Source: the human T2T-CHM13v2.0 reference genome, Homo sapiens. Taken from it: a stretch of 64,000 nucleotides of DNA. Below are positions 30,069 to 45,117 of the stretch, in pieces. The stretch's first letter is position 1, and every line of letters begins with the position of its first letter. The translations under genes and the position numbers were made by a program. The notes under the pieces are model-generated. The model saw nothing but the letters and a program-made list of their open reading frames with translations, was not told the origin of the DNA and searched no databases. The stretch is from the NCBI RefSeq assembly GCF_009914755.1, contig NC_060930.1; one strand, 5' to 3'.

Positions 30069-30379
30069 GGCTCGGCGTGGTGGTTCACATCTGTAATCCT
30101 AGCACTTTGGGAGGCTGAGACAGGCAGATCACCTGAGGTCAGAAATTCGAGACCAGCCTGGCCAACGTGGTAAAACCCTGTCTCTACTAAAAATACACAA
30201 ATTAGCTGGGCGTGGTGGCACGTGCCTGTAGTCCCAGCTACTCAGGAGGCTGAGGCAGGAGAATCTCTTGAACCCAGGAGGTGGAGGTTGCAGTGAGCCA
30301 AGATCGCAACACTGCACTCCAACCTGGGCAAGAGAGCAAGACTCTGTCTCAAAAATAAAAAATAATGAAAAAAATAAAA
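30069..30379 (+). mobile_element. AluS
   Basis: Sense dimer. Confidence 0.93.
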
Positions 30380-31430
30380 CACTGATAATATTAGTTGAAA
30401 ATAAATGTGTTTGTGTGTGTAATTATAACTGTTAGCATTTTATCATTGGTTTCAAGATGTGTATTTCTATCTTCATAATGTAAAGCCTGATGATTGTGAC
30501 ACTAAGATGAATTGGTAATGGTAAGGGAACACTGAAGTCCTTTTACATTTCTGTGAACGCTAATTACAACAGATGTTTTGTCTCAACCTGTTTTAGCACA
30601 AATACTGAAAACGTTAACTCTTAGCAGTTTAGAAGAGAATTTCCTGTTACAGTTAAGTTATAGATCAAATGTAAATTAGAATCTGTTCACAATATCTAAT
30701 CTTTGTCATTTGGGTCGTAAGAATTGGAAAGTTTCCTTTCTTGCGCTCCCTCATTCACTTTCTGATGCGATTAATGAAAATGTATTAGTAATTGCTAGAG
30801 TAAATACAGATACTGGTAATTTACTTAGTAGCTGTTACAGTGCCATTAATGAAGTAATGGATGAAATATGTTTCTGGTCTTATTCTATCTTATATGACTT
30901 GGTAAGTGTCGAAGGTGAATCCAGAAATAGGATTTCCTAGAACACTGGCATTGGTCTTTCAAACATTGCCTAGAAGTCTTTGTAGGACTTATGCCAAAAT
31001 AACCATACTGATTTATTGGGACATTCAGTCATTTATACATTCAACTACAATGTAAGTATTTGGGGCCAGGAATTGAGCAAGGGAATAGGGAAATGAACAT
31101 AAACAAGATATACCTGTGGGATATGAGGATGTATGGTTTAATTGCAGGATAGGGAAGTAAGTGCTAATACAAATCTATACATTGTGCTTTGGCATTGAGA
31201 GTAGAGCTATCAACTGTCTGGAAAAAGATATAAAAAACATAATATCGTTACAGCAGGGATGAAAGCATTATGCTGAGTGAAATAAGCCAGATACAAAAGA
31301 ACAAATATTATATGATTTCAATTGCAGTAGTTAAATTCATGGAGACAGTAGAATTGTGGTTATGAGAGGCTTGAGGAGCAGTTATGGGAGAGTTGTTTAA
31401 TGGGTACAGAGTTTCAGTCTGGGAAGATCA

Positions 31431-31974
<544 letters not shown>

Positions 31975-32083
31975 GTTTAAAATGGTAAATTGTATGTCTG
32001 TTTTACCACAATAAAACAATAAAAGTAGGAATTTTAAAAATATAATATCATTATCATTAATAGTCACATTCTCTTCATTTTAA

Positions 32084-32473
<390 letters not shown>

Positions 32474-32713
32474 CACTTTTCTCCCATTTTTTGTCTCTGT
32501 TATAATTTTTCTAATAAGATCTTATATGTACCAGCTAATCTCTAGCAAGGCTATGCCATTAGAATGTTTGTGTTAGAGCCAGGAAATGTGGGTGAAACTT
32601 GCTTTGCCACCTTAGTCAAGCTAATATAATTCAGAACATCTGAAATAGTTTTGCATGAAATGATATATTTAATAAATTCTAAATTCCCATGTTTTATTAT
32701 TTAATTGAAATAA

Positions 32714-33026
32714 GGCTAGGCATGGTGGGCATGGTTGCTGATATCTGTAATACCAGCGCTTTGGGAGGCTGAGGCAGGAGGATCATTTGAGTGCAGGAGT
32801 TCAAGATCAGCAAGCGTGGGCAACATAGTGAGACCCCGTCTCTAGAAAAAATGTAAAAATTAGCCTGGCGTGGTGGCATGTGCTTGTCATCCCATCTACT
32901 CGAGAGGCTGAGGTGGGAGGATCACTTGAGGTGAGGAGGTCAAGGCTGCAGTAAGCCGTGATTGCACTTTTGCACTCCAGCCTGGGCAACAGAATGAGAC
33001 TCTGTCTCAAAGAAAAAAAAAAAAAA
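32714..33026 (+). mobile_element. AluJ
   Basis: Sense dimer; TSD gaaataa. Confidence 0.92.
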
Positions 33027-33049
33027 GAAATAAATCCTTAGATGTTACA

Positions 33050-33390
33050 ATATGGTTAACCCTTGAAACCAATAAGTGAAAGAAGCCAGTCAGAAAACAA
33101 GTCACATATTATATGAGTCTATTTATATAAAATATCCAGAATAGGCAAATCTGTAGAGTTAGGAAGTAGACTAGTGGTTGTTTTAGAGCTAGGAGAAGGG
33201 TTCATGAAATGAGGGAAAATGGGAGTGGCTGCTAATGGGTACAGGGTTTGTTTTGGGGGAAGGAAAATGTTCTAAAATTAGATTGTGGTAATGGTTTTAC
33301 AATCCCGTGAATATACTAAAAAATGTTAATTGTATATTTTGAATGGATAAATTGTATATGAATTATATTTCAAACTATTTTAAAAATATT
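33050..33390 (+). mobile_element. L1MB 3' fragment
   Basis: aagtgaaagaagccagtca...aatatccagaataggcaaatc...gctaatgggtacagggttt. Confidence 0.8.
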
Positions 33391-33615
33391 TAAAGGGAAT
33401 GGTATAGTTTATCTTTTTTTGGAGGTTTTTTTTTTCTTTAGCATTTAACTTAAATGAGCTGAAAACAACAGAGCAGTGTAAAGTTTAGCATTTTGAACAT
33501 GCATGTACTTCATAACAAAGCTATCATCTGAGAGGGCTTTCTGTTTGATCGCTATTGGTGTGGATGTAAACGCATCTCAATGCAAGTGTCAACATATTCT
33601 TCACATACTGAGTGA

Positions 33616-33676
33616 TTGCACAGGGGCCATGCTAGTGTCATTCCAATTTTAGTATATGTGCTGCTGAGGCAAGCAC
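33616..33676 (-). pseudogene. U6 snRNA retropseudogene, 3'-truncated and tailless (U6 nt 1-70 with 43-51 deleted)
   Basis: - strand GTGCTTGCCTCAGCAGCACATATACTAAAATTGGAATGACAC/TAGCATGGCCCCTGTGCAA aligns to U6; 13-bp TSD atactgagtgatt at 33605-33617 and 33677-33689. Confidence 0.93.
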
Positions 33677-34304
33677 ATACTGAGTGATTTTGTTAAGCCA
33701 ATAGTACATATATTCAAAACTAGGTAGAATGTAATGATGAATTTGATGACTATAGGGCAATAAAAATGAAATTTAGCAGTTCTTTTAAAAACGTATCCAT
33801 ACATAGAACTGCTTTTTAAAATTAAGTCTGTTTTCATTCAATTTATTTTTTTCTTTATATTTTAAGTTCAGAGAAAAATAACAAACATTGAGATGATTAT
33901 CACTTTGTAAGATGAGGATTCCATGGAATAGTACCAGATGGAAACACTGTTTTTTAATCTGGTTAGCCATTCTGCAGTTCCTGCCTGTAAAATGGTTAAT
34001 ATCTATATTTTAAGCAGCCTTAATACATCAGCCCTTCCATTATAAATGACCCAATATTAAAACACATACTTTTTCCATGCTCGCTGCTACCAGAGCTCCT
34101 CAACTGCTCCCCCTCCCATGTGAGCACATACATGCCCACCAAATCTGCCCTTCAGCTCAGACTCACCCAGCTCAGAGCACCGAGCTGCTCATGACTGCCC
34201 TTCTTTCATCAGCCACAATTTGAGCTAAATGCTTCTTTTTCCCTTGGTAAACCTGAGACCCTTCCCTTCACTTGTAAATTACTTTCATAAGAAAATGCAT
34301 TGTG

Positions 34305-34602
34305 GGCTGGGAGCAGTAGCTCATGCCTGTAATCCCAGCACTTTGGGAGTCCAAGGCAGGGGGATCACCTGAGGTCAGGAGTTCGAGACCAGCCTGGCCG
34401 ATATGGTGAAACCCAGTGTCTACTAAAAATACTAAAATTAGCCAGGTACGGTGGCAGGCACCTGTAATCCCAGCTACTCAGGAGGCTGAGGCAAGAGAAT
34501 CACTTGAACCCAGGAGGTGGAGGCTGCAGTGAGCCCAGATTGTGCCTCTGCACTCCAGCCTGGGTGACAGAGTGAGATGAAAAGAAAAAAGAAAAGAAAA
34601 GA
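34305..34602 (+). mobile_element. AluS
   Basis: TSD gaaaatgca(t/c)tgtg. Confidence 0.93.
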
Positions 34603-34697
34603 GAAAATGCACTGTGGTTTCAATCTCAAGCTTCAGCATACCTTTAGAAATATAATCCATGATGGGGCTACCTTTATTTAAAGTGTCTTCATTGTTA

Positions 34698-36955
34698 CAG
34701 GCATACCTCAGAGATACTGCAGGTTTGGTTCCAGACCTCTGCAAAATAGCAAATATCACCATAAAGCAAGTTACGTGAATTTTTTAGTTTCCTAGTGTAT
34801 GTAAAAGTTATGTTTATACTATATTATAGTCTAGTAAGTATACAATAGCGTTATGTGTAAAAAATGTACATACCTTAATTTTAAAATACTTTATTGCTAA
34901 AAAATGAGCCTTCAGCGAGTTATTATCTTTTTGCTTGTGATGGGTCTTGCCACGATGTTGATGGCTATGGACTTATCAGAGTGGTGATTGCTAAAGGTTA
35001 AGAAAGGAGCTGTGGCAGTGCAGCTTCTCTCAAAATTGGAGTCAACCCTGTCAAACTCTGCTTTATCAACTACATTTGTATATTATCATAAATACTTTGT
35101 TGTCATTTCAACAGTCTTCACAGTGTCTTCAACAGGAATACATTCCATCTCGAAACCACTTTCTTTGCTCATCCATAAGAAACAACTCATCATCTGTTCA
35201 AGTTTGATGATGAGATTGCAGCAATTCCGTCATATCTTCAGGCTCCACTTGTAATTCTAGTTGTTTTCCTGTTTCCACCACATCTGCACTTACTTTCTCC
35301 ATTGAAGTCTTGAACCCCTCAAAGTTATCCATGAGGGTTGAAATCAATGTCTTCCAAACTCCTGTTTATATTGATATTTTGTTCTCCTCCCATGAATCAT
35401 GAATGTTCTTAACAGCATCTGGAATGACGAGTCCTTTCCAGAAGGCTTTTAATTTACTTTACCTAGATCCACCAGAGGAATCACTATGGCAGTTATAGCC
35501 TTACAAAAATGTATTTCTTATATAATGAACTTGAAAGTTGAAATTACTCCTTGGTCCATGTACTGCAGAATGGATGTTGTGTTAGCAGGCACGAAAACAT
35601 TAATCTCTTTGTACATCCCCATCAGATCTCTTAGATGACCAGGTGCATTGTCCATGAGCAGTAATATTTTGAAAGGAATCTTTTTTTCCTGAGCAGTAGG
35701 TCTCGATAGTGGGTTTAAAATATCCAGTAAACCATGCTGTCAACACATGTGCTCTCACCAGGCTTTGGTGTTCCATTTATAGAGTACAGACAGAGTCAAT
35801 TTATCATAATTCTTGAGGGCCCTAGAATTTTCAGAATGGTAAATGAGAATTGGTTTCAACTTACAGTCACCAGTTGCATTATCCCCTAACAAGAGAGTCA
35901 GTCTTTATGTCCTCTGAAGCTTTGAAGCATTGCTTCAAAGCCTTTTGTATTGACTTCTCTTCTCTACCTATGAAAGTCCTAGATGCCACCACTTTTTAAT
36001 AGAAGGCTGTTTTGTCTACATTGAAAATCTGCGGTGTGCCATAGCCATCTTCATCAGTGATCTTAGCTAAGTCTTCTGGATAATTTGCTACAGCTTCTAC
36101 TTCAGCACTTGCTTATTCAGTTTGCACTTTCATGTTATGGAAACAGCGTTCCTTAAACCTCATGAACCAACCTCTTCTAGCTTCAAACGTCTTCTGCAGT
36201 CTCCTCACTTCAATCAGCCTTTATAGAATTGAAGAGAGTTAGGGCCTTGCTCTGGATTAGGTTTGTGCTTAAGGGAATGTTGTGGCTGGTTTGATCATCT
36301 ATCCAGACGACTGAAACTTTCTCCATATCAGCAATAAGGCTGTTTGACTTTCTTATCATTCATGAGTTCACTGGAGTGGCACTTTTGATTTCCTTCAAGA
36401 ACTTTTCCTTTGCATTCATAATTTGGCTGACTGGTGCAAGAGGCCTAGCTTTTAACGTGTCTCAGCTTTTGACATACCTTCCCCACTAAGGTTAATGCCT
36501 TCTAGCTTTTGATTTACAGTGAGAAACGTGGGACTTTTCCATCCACTTGAATATTTAAAGGCCTTCGTCAGGTTATTAATTGGCCTAATTTCAATATTGT
36601 TGTATCTCAGAGGATAGGGAGGCCCAAGATGGGAAGAGCCAGTTGGAAGAGCAGTCAGAACACACACAACATTTATTAAATTTGCCATCTTATATGGGCG
36701 CGGTTTGTGGCACCCCAAAATAATTACAAGAGTAACATCAAAGATCACTGATGACAGATCATCACATCAGATACAGTAATAATTTAAAAAGTCTAAAATA
36801 TTGCAAGAATTACCAAAATGTGACACAGAGATACGAAGTGAGCACATGCTGTTGAAAAAATTTGCCAGTGCACATGCTTGACACAGGGTTGCCACAAACC
36901 TTCAATTTGTAAGAAACACAATATTTGGGAAGCACAATAAAGTGATGTATGCCTG
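34698..36955 (-). mobile_element. Near full-length Tigger1 DNA transposon with decayed pogo/CENP-B-type transposase
   Basis: TIRs caggcatac / gtatgcctg with TA on both sides (34696-34697, 36956-36957); ORF 36452-36748 ends in LTVNQKLEGINLSGEGMSKAE, matching the Tigger1/TIGD1 N-terminal HTH. Confidence 0.93.
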
Positions 36956-38437
36956 TACTTATGTATATACCTATAGATTTACATATAATTATTCATTTGT
37001 TCCAGAAATTAAGGCAGGCTGATTAAATGCCTGTTTACCTACTTGAATATATGTTTGTTTACCTGGTCGAGCCAAACTGAAATATTACTGAATGAAAGTT
37101 TGTCTTCCTATTGAAATTACAATTTACACCTCTTTTCGTGTATGTTGATGTAGTTGTAACCCATATCTGTATTTAAATGTTTAGTGGTGTGCTTAGCACA
37201 GTATAAGCTATTGTAGAAATGCAGAGGGAAGAGTAAAATATAATTCCTGGCCTTGTAGCAGCCTTGTAGCATTCAGTTCTGGAGATTCATTATTGTATTG
37301 CCAGGAAGAGCTAAGTAAACACTTTGGTAACACCAGGAACAAGTTGCTGAGAAGTCATAAAGGAAGAAGATTCTGAAAGATGAAGAGAACACAAGTTGTC
37401 CTAAACTAAGAGTGCTGAGCAAGGAGAGGAATGGAAGAGAAAGCAAAACAAAAAATACATACTTTGTCTCCTTGGGGACATTAATCTGTGTTAAGTCATG
37501 ATTCTCTCAGTGGTAGAAACATGGACTTTAATTAAGGGGCAAGTGTATTTTTATTTTGTGTTCTAGCAGTATAAAGTTGCAAGGCCTGTAGTATGAAGCT
37601 AAAGATAATTACTAGTGGGAAGGTTTATTTTGAGAACCACGGGGGTGGCGGGGGGAGGGGGAAACCACTACATTTATCCTACTTGTTTGCTATTAACATT
37701 TTAATTTGTAAATTGGCATACTGTAGCAGGGCAAAGTTTCATCTAGCTCAGTATCCTGTTTATAGTAAGAGGCCACCCTGAGTGTTTCCAAGAGAAACTG
37801 CACCACCCTCTCTGGCCCGGGGTCATGTTTGCTGGTAAACCCCTTTCAAATTTATGTCATGCAAATCAGTACCAGTTATTTCTCCTTCACTTGCTAGTTC
37901 GGGAACTAGCTTATCAGAAAGCTGTTTTATTTATTGATAGGTTCCCTGTAATCCATATAAAATTGTGATACAGGGAACTTAAAATACTTACCAAAAGAAA
38001 AAAAATAAAAAATTAGATGATTTACATATGGAGTGCTTACTCTATTAGCATATACTGGATTATCTTAATTTATTTTCACAATAGCCCAGTAGCCCTATGA
38101 GGTGAATATTATCCTTCTCTCCATTTTATAGATGAGAAGAAGGTACACAGCCTGAGTGTGAAGTTTCATCTCGCAAAGTGTATTACATGTCAAGATGTCA
38201 TTTCTCACCGCAATAGATATGTCTAAAGCTGTGAGTGCTGCCACTTTAGAAAACAAAGATCTTTGTACAGTTATGTTTCTTAAATTTGGGGGGGATTTTG
38301 ATGTTCAAGTGTGAAGAACCTGAAAGGCAGAGTATTCTAGCATAAGGCCAGCATATTTACTGTAGGATGCGTAATGTGAGTGTGGCTCTGCCTCGCCCAG
38401 CTCCAAGTGTGCAGTATGGCTACAAAGAGGCTGCTGA

Positions 38438-38750
<313 letters not shown>

Positions 38751-39319
38751 CTACTGAATACCCAGCCCAGAAATGTAACAGTTTCATGAAAGTGTATCCA
38801 GCTGCTTTTCTACTAAATAAGAAATTCTTCAACTCCAATTCCAATTTAGTAGTCTATATGTAACAAGGTTAATAAGGTATATACCTATTAATTCCTGGTA
38901 GAGAAAGTGTGGATAAAGGATATCTATGAGTAATTGTATTTGATAATCTTAGTGAAAGGATTATTTTAAACAACCGCTGCTAAGAAGGTGACTGATTTGA
39001 GTTCATCTCTGGGCTTCCCCTTTGGCTAAAATGCTAATGTTCACAGTCAATGAAAAGAAAATGGAGAAACACAGGGCATGGTTGATCCGTATGCATGACT
39101 AACTCTTGAAGAGCTGAGAGGTAACTGGACGGAATTAGCTGGCTCTTTGATTCCATAAGATCCTTCAAAATATTTTTTGAAGGATGAAATGAGGTAACAG
39201 ATGTGAAAGTGCAATACTTTGAAAACTAAGAATCACTGGACACATGCAACTTATTAATGAGCCACTCCCTTTATGACATTTTTATTCACTACTGGACTCT
39301 GAAAGGCCGTATGTGCCTG

Positions 39320-39415
39320 CTGTCTCTTTCTTTTCACTTTTCTTTTTCTTTTTTTCTTTGTTTCTTTTCTTTTTTCTTTTTCTCTTTCTCTCCTTCCTTT
39401 CCTCCCTCTCTTTCA
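39320..39415. repeat. CT-rich low-complexity tract
   Basis: Direct reading. Confidence 0.85.
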
Positions 39416-39771
39416 AATCGATGACCTGACAGCATGCAGCAGTGGAGAAGGGCCACATTAGTCATCTTACCTAATGCTTACATGAATGGTGACATTACAG
39501 AACTTCACCTCTGTCACTCTTTCTTATTCGCCCCCTTTGTATCCTTGGAGGAATTTTTAAACACTCTCTGAGTTTTTAATGTTTTTCACTTAAATGTATT
39601 CTCTTTCGCTTGGCAAGATACGTTCTTCTTAATCTTCATCTCTTCTTTCTCTTCTTTTTATGCATCTTAAGTATGAAAGTTAGTAGGTGCCCAGTGGTGA
39701 AGTGGCTGGCCTCACTGTCGGGTCATGTGCCTTTTGCGTAATAGATACTCAAAAAATATGTGACTGAAATT

Positions 39772-39795
39772 AAAAAAAAAAAAAAAAAAAAAAAA
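39772..39795 (+). repeat. A24 homopolymer with no attached Alu
   Basis: Direct reading. Confidence 0.9.
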
Positions 39796-40334
39796 GAAAG
39801 AAACAGGTGAGTTGTAGAGTTTTTTTCCTGATTTTTTTTGTACAAATATGTCATTTGTCTTGGCAATAATATTTGTATTAAAAAATGTGTTAACCTAAAT
39901 TTGGAAACTTTCTGTATTCCAGTATAGGGGATTATGGGATCTCAAGTGTTTGCCTTAAATACTGATGTTTTTCCCACAAATGTAACAAGGCAGAATGTAA
40001 AACTCCTTGGAAGTGAAGTAGAAATGGTGTTTGTTTTGGAATCCTGAAAAATCTTTTTACTCTTTAGGCATTATGTGACTTTATCTCTGTTTTGTCACCT
40101 AAGAGAAACAGCGAGCATGAGGAAATAATTGTTGTGTGGAATCCTCTGAAAGTGATATTGAATTCCCAAATCTCATCATAGAATATTACCAACTGATGTT
40201 CACTTTAAGAGCCTTGATGATTGGTCTGTTTTCAGCTAGTATGTTTATTTGCTTGCGCTTGTGGTGTTGATGTGAGGAAAACCATTCCACAATTTGTTAA
40301 AATGATTAGTGTTTTCTCCTTCCATTTTTTTAAG

Positions 40335-40480
40335 GAAATGGCAAAAATCCTTAATCACCCCAGAGTCTACGCTTTTCTGCACATACCAGTCCAGTCTGCC
40401 TCCGACAGCGTACTCATGGAAATGAAAAGAGAATACTGTGTGGCTGACTTCAAAAGAGTAGTGGATTTTCTGAAAGAGAA
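40335..40480 (+). CDS. CDKAL1: Internal coding exon of CDKAL1 (threonylcarbamoyladenosine tRNA methylthiotransferase, radical-SAM domain); 146 nt, phase 0 in, phase 2 out
   Basis: Polypyrimidine tract + AG (ttttctccttccatttttttaag, AG at 40333-40334), donor GTAAGT at 40481. Translation [48 protein letters not shown](K) matches the human CDKAL1 protein as I recall it and carries the MiaB/RimO/MtaB-family H-x-P-x-Q-S-[GA]-S-D motif. Confidence 0.97.
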
Positions 40481-42813
40481 GTAAGTCTGTTAGTACTTAA
40501 GAAAATAACCATTTCTTTTTTCTTTCAAAAGCTTGTGGCAAAAATGCACTTATTGCAGCCTTACAATTAAAGGTACAAGAGAGAAGGCGAGACTTTCGAA
40601 GCTTTCAAAGCCTTTAAGTCTCCTTGGCACCTTTGATGTGGTTTTTTCTTTCTCCTCAGTTTATATCCACCTTCCATCTGTACATGACACACCATTAATT
40701 TGTGTAAGATTGCCAGTCTTTTTAAGGTAATGTGAATTGTGATTATTTTTATACCTGACCTGGTGGATGAAAACTGCTTTAGCTTTGCTCTGTGTAAATC
40801 TCCTTTAATGTGGCTTTTTGAAGTTATGAGCTGGTTTTGACATGGACAGAGGCCAAATTGTGTCACTACAAAATAGATAATTTTCTACTAAACAGCATTT
40901 TTTAAAGAGTATCTGGAATGTCTATGCTTTTACACACGAAGCCCTGCAGTTTGCTTAAAGAATTGTGATTTACAAGAAGGTTTGAGGATTCTACTTTTTA
41001 AAGTTCAAATTGCTATTGACCAAAATTAAGGCATATTTACACAATGTCAGACATGAATGATAATTTTGTTTCCACAGAAAATACTTTCAGCCCTTAATTA
41101 TGTTCTTCAAAACCCTGCTCCTCATCATCACCAAACATTGACTGCCTTCTGTGATTATGCTAGGCAGGAAATGGAAGTGTTGGCCCAGGTCACACAGAGC
41201 CTTCTCAAGTCTACATCACTGTTCTCCCCTCTGGGGATATGTCATTTGTCTTGGCGTATTTGTGGCCTGGGTCTTCCTACTTTTCATACATTTTTTCCAT
41301 AGCCTTTTCCTTTGTTGTTTTTCTTAATTAAGATACAACTTTTTATTTCCATCGTCTTGTTTATAATTATGTACCTTTGTACTATGTCAGAGTACTGCAT
41401 GGATACGATTGCTTTATACAAATTGTAAGCAATTATTTTTTCCACCTTTAATTAGTCATTTATCCTAACTGCATATGATCATTTTAAAAATCTTTTTCTT
41501 TTTTTTCCTTTTTCTATTCTTCCATACCTTTCCATTACATATCTTTCTAAGTTTTTTTTTAACCTCTAGGCATTCTTGATTATCCTAACCACCAAGAATA
41601 AAGCTACTTAGTGTACATTCAGACAAATACAGCTAATTGTCCAAATATTCAAATCAGTGCATAGAAGCTGTATTTGTTAAGTGCTACAGCCTTCAAAGTG
41701 GAAAATGGAAAATAGATCTCTACCCTTTTTAATACTTTCAAATCTTGAACAGAACTGTGTTAGGCTAAAGAATATAGATTTTTATTTGTTTAAGTATCTG
41801 CTGTTGGCCTATAGCCCTTTCTTGCCTTTCTTCTATTATTGCAGGCAAATTTGTCTCATATAAAAGAGTTCTTTTGGGCACTCTGGCACTGGTAAATGGA
41901 ATATTTTCAAAATTTCAAGTCAGTTGCACTTGTGAAATTTCTTCCTTCTTTGCCTATTACAGCAGTAGCCAATAAAAACTTGATACTTGTTACACAATAT
42001 TTTCCCAAGTATAAACATGCATCCCGGGTGCAGAATAGACTAGAACACTTTCCAGATAGTTTGTTGCATTAGTGTGATTAAACGAGGTTAAGGAATCAGC
42101 ACCTCTCTTTTATCTTTATTTGGTTGAGGGCTGACTCAGTTGTTGGAGGAATTACTGTGGCTACTTAAATGGGCAACAATTTCACAAGTTACGTTGTTCT
42201 GGAGGTCTGTTAAATCTGTTCCATCTTGGACAGTTCCAACAGCCTCTATGAGCTATATAGAGGTAAAAAGATGATCATGTCAGGTATTAGGAAATAGTCT
42301 CTTGGATTTCTTTGGATCTGGGTCCTTTCGTTGGATTCTGAGTTATTGTGAGGCATCTATGTAGTTTTTCTAGAAGTATTCAACCAACTGGAGGATCCTA
42401 GAACCAACTATGTTTCCCAGGGATCTCTAGTATTTCTAGCAATGAAAATATTAGACATACCTGGAGAAGATATTGGAGATGCCTGGAGATCACACTCCAT
42501 CCCATACCCCCCCATATATAGTTTCAGTTTCAAGTGCCATGCGTCAATTAGATTGTAGAGTATGAGTCTAGTCAGTTAGCATCTCTGAGAGATTTTTAAA
42601 TTAACGCTGTATTGTGTATATGCAGCAAGGGCAGAAGCAACCCTGGTATATAATTTCACATTTAGATTATAAGTAAGATATATTGCAAAACTGTAGTAGG
42701 CAGCCAATATGATATACCTGCTTATGTATAGCAGATGACTGAGAAAACTTCAGGTAACCTATTTTAAAAAAAAAAAAAAAAATCAGATTATCACTGCCAA
42801 TAAAGTGATCCTA

Positions 42814-43125
<312 letters not shown>

Positions 43126-43330
43126 TTAGACAGTTCATCAGAACCATAAAATTGTGTATTTTGTCTAGTCCATCTGTTGTGAAGAATAATATAGACTTAC
43201 TCCCATGAGGACAGTATAATCAGCTTTGCCATTTAGCGAAAAAGAGTTTTCCTGTCCTCTTGGGGAAGTCCATCTACCTGGTGAGTAATTTCCAACTATT
43301 ATGGACATTTAGAAGTAGATGAAATATTTT

Positions 43331-43724
<394 letters not shown>

Positions 43725-44784
43725 TTAAATAGTTCTTATGTTTGACCTACCTTCCGCTATAAAAACTAGTATAGCTTTATGCCAAATAGATTAGTGCTCA
43801 TTTTGGAAACACCAAAGTTTCAGGGCTTTCTTTAGAGCCACTAGCCTGGATAACTGATCCAGCACAAAATTGTCTTGTCCAGCCTTTATTAAAATTCAAC
43901 ACAGTATTTTCACTCTTGGAGGGGCCTAACACTATCATGTTGCCCTGATTTGTGCCTAACGCTCATTCATAAAATGATCCTGACTTAAAGTGGTATGTTT
44001 GGTGCTTTCTTTTTCTGTTTGCTTTTTAAATCCTTTCTAAATGGCGGCCCATTTCATTTACATCTCTCATTTCCCCTGAAGTCTTTGAAGCCTTTTTTGT
44101 AATGTGCCTTTAACAAATAAGTCTCTCTTTTTTCTCCAGCAGTGTGAGGCTTCTCAAATATTTGTGTTATGAGTTATGGACAAGGCATTTCCTGATCTGT
44201 TTCCTTAAAAAATCCATTTTTTAAGACAACCTATAGCATTTAAGATTGAAATCCAAACTGTGGGAGTTTACCTGAAGCTGCAAGCTTTCAAACTGCTAAT
44301 TTTGTGGTATTGGTAGAGCCATGAAAGTGGAAGTGAAATCTTTTTAATTAATTTTCTTTGCAGTTGAAAATGGCCCATGTTTTAGCTGGTAGCAATGTAA
44401 GTTTACATATGAGCCAACTAAGCTGGTTCATTATTCTCTTCAGTTGTTTGAAAGTTGGCAGCCATCATCACAACAGCAGCTGGATACAAGATAACCTAGC
44501 AGTGTTGGCACATGTTGAGGCATATGGGAATTTATTAAATCATGCAACCTTTGCAAAGAAGAGCGTCTAAATGACTTAATATACTAATTTAAAACAGCTG
44601 GCCATGAGCAATCATATGACTTAAATTATTCTATTCAGATTTATTAATCCAATTGAACATTAACTGAGTAATTTGATGTTTTTATCTAAATGGATAAGAT
44701 GATTTTTTGAAGTATAAAATGGGATTTGTAGGGATAGGGGAAGAAACTATATAGAACAAAGCAAGCGGTGCAATTCTGGTTTTA

Positions 44785-45117
<333 letters not shown>

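Noticed and set aside
33616-33676. Functional U6 snRNA gene
   Set aside because: Lacks the 3' third and the ACAGAGA box, is flanked by TSDs, and has no evident PSE/TATA promoter
40221-40334. N-terminal part of the 87-aa ORF overlapping the exon
   Set aside because: Lies upstream of the splice acceptor and includes the polypyrimidine tract; not CDKAL1 protein sequence
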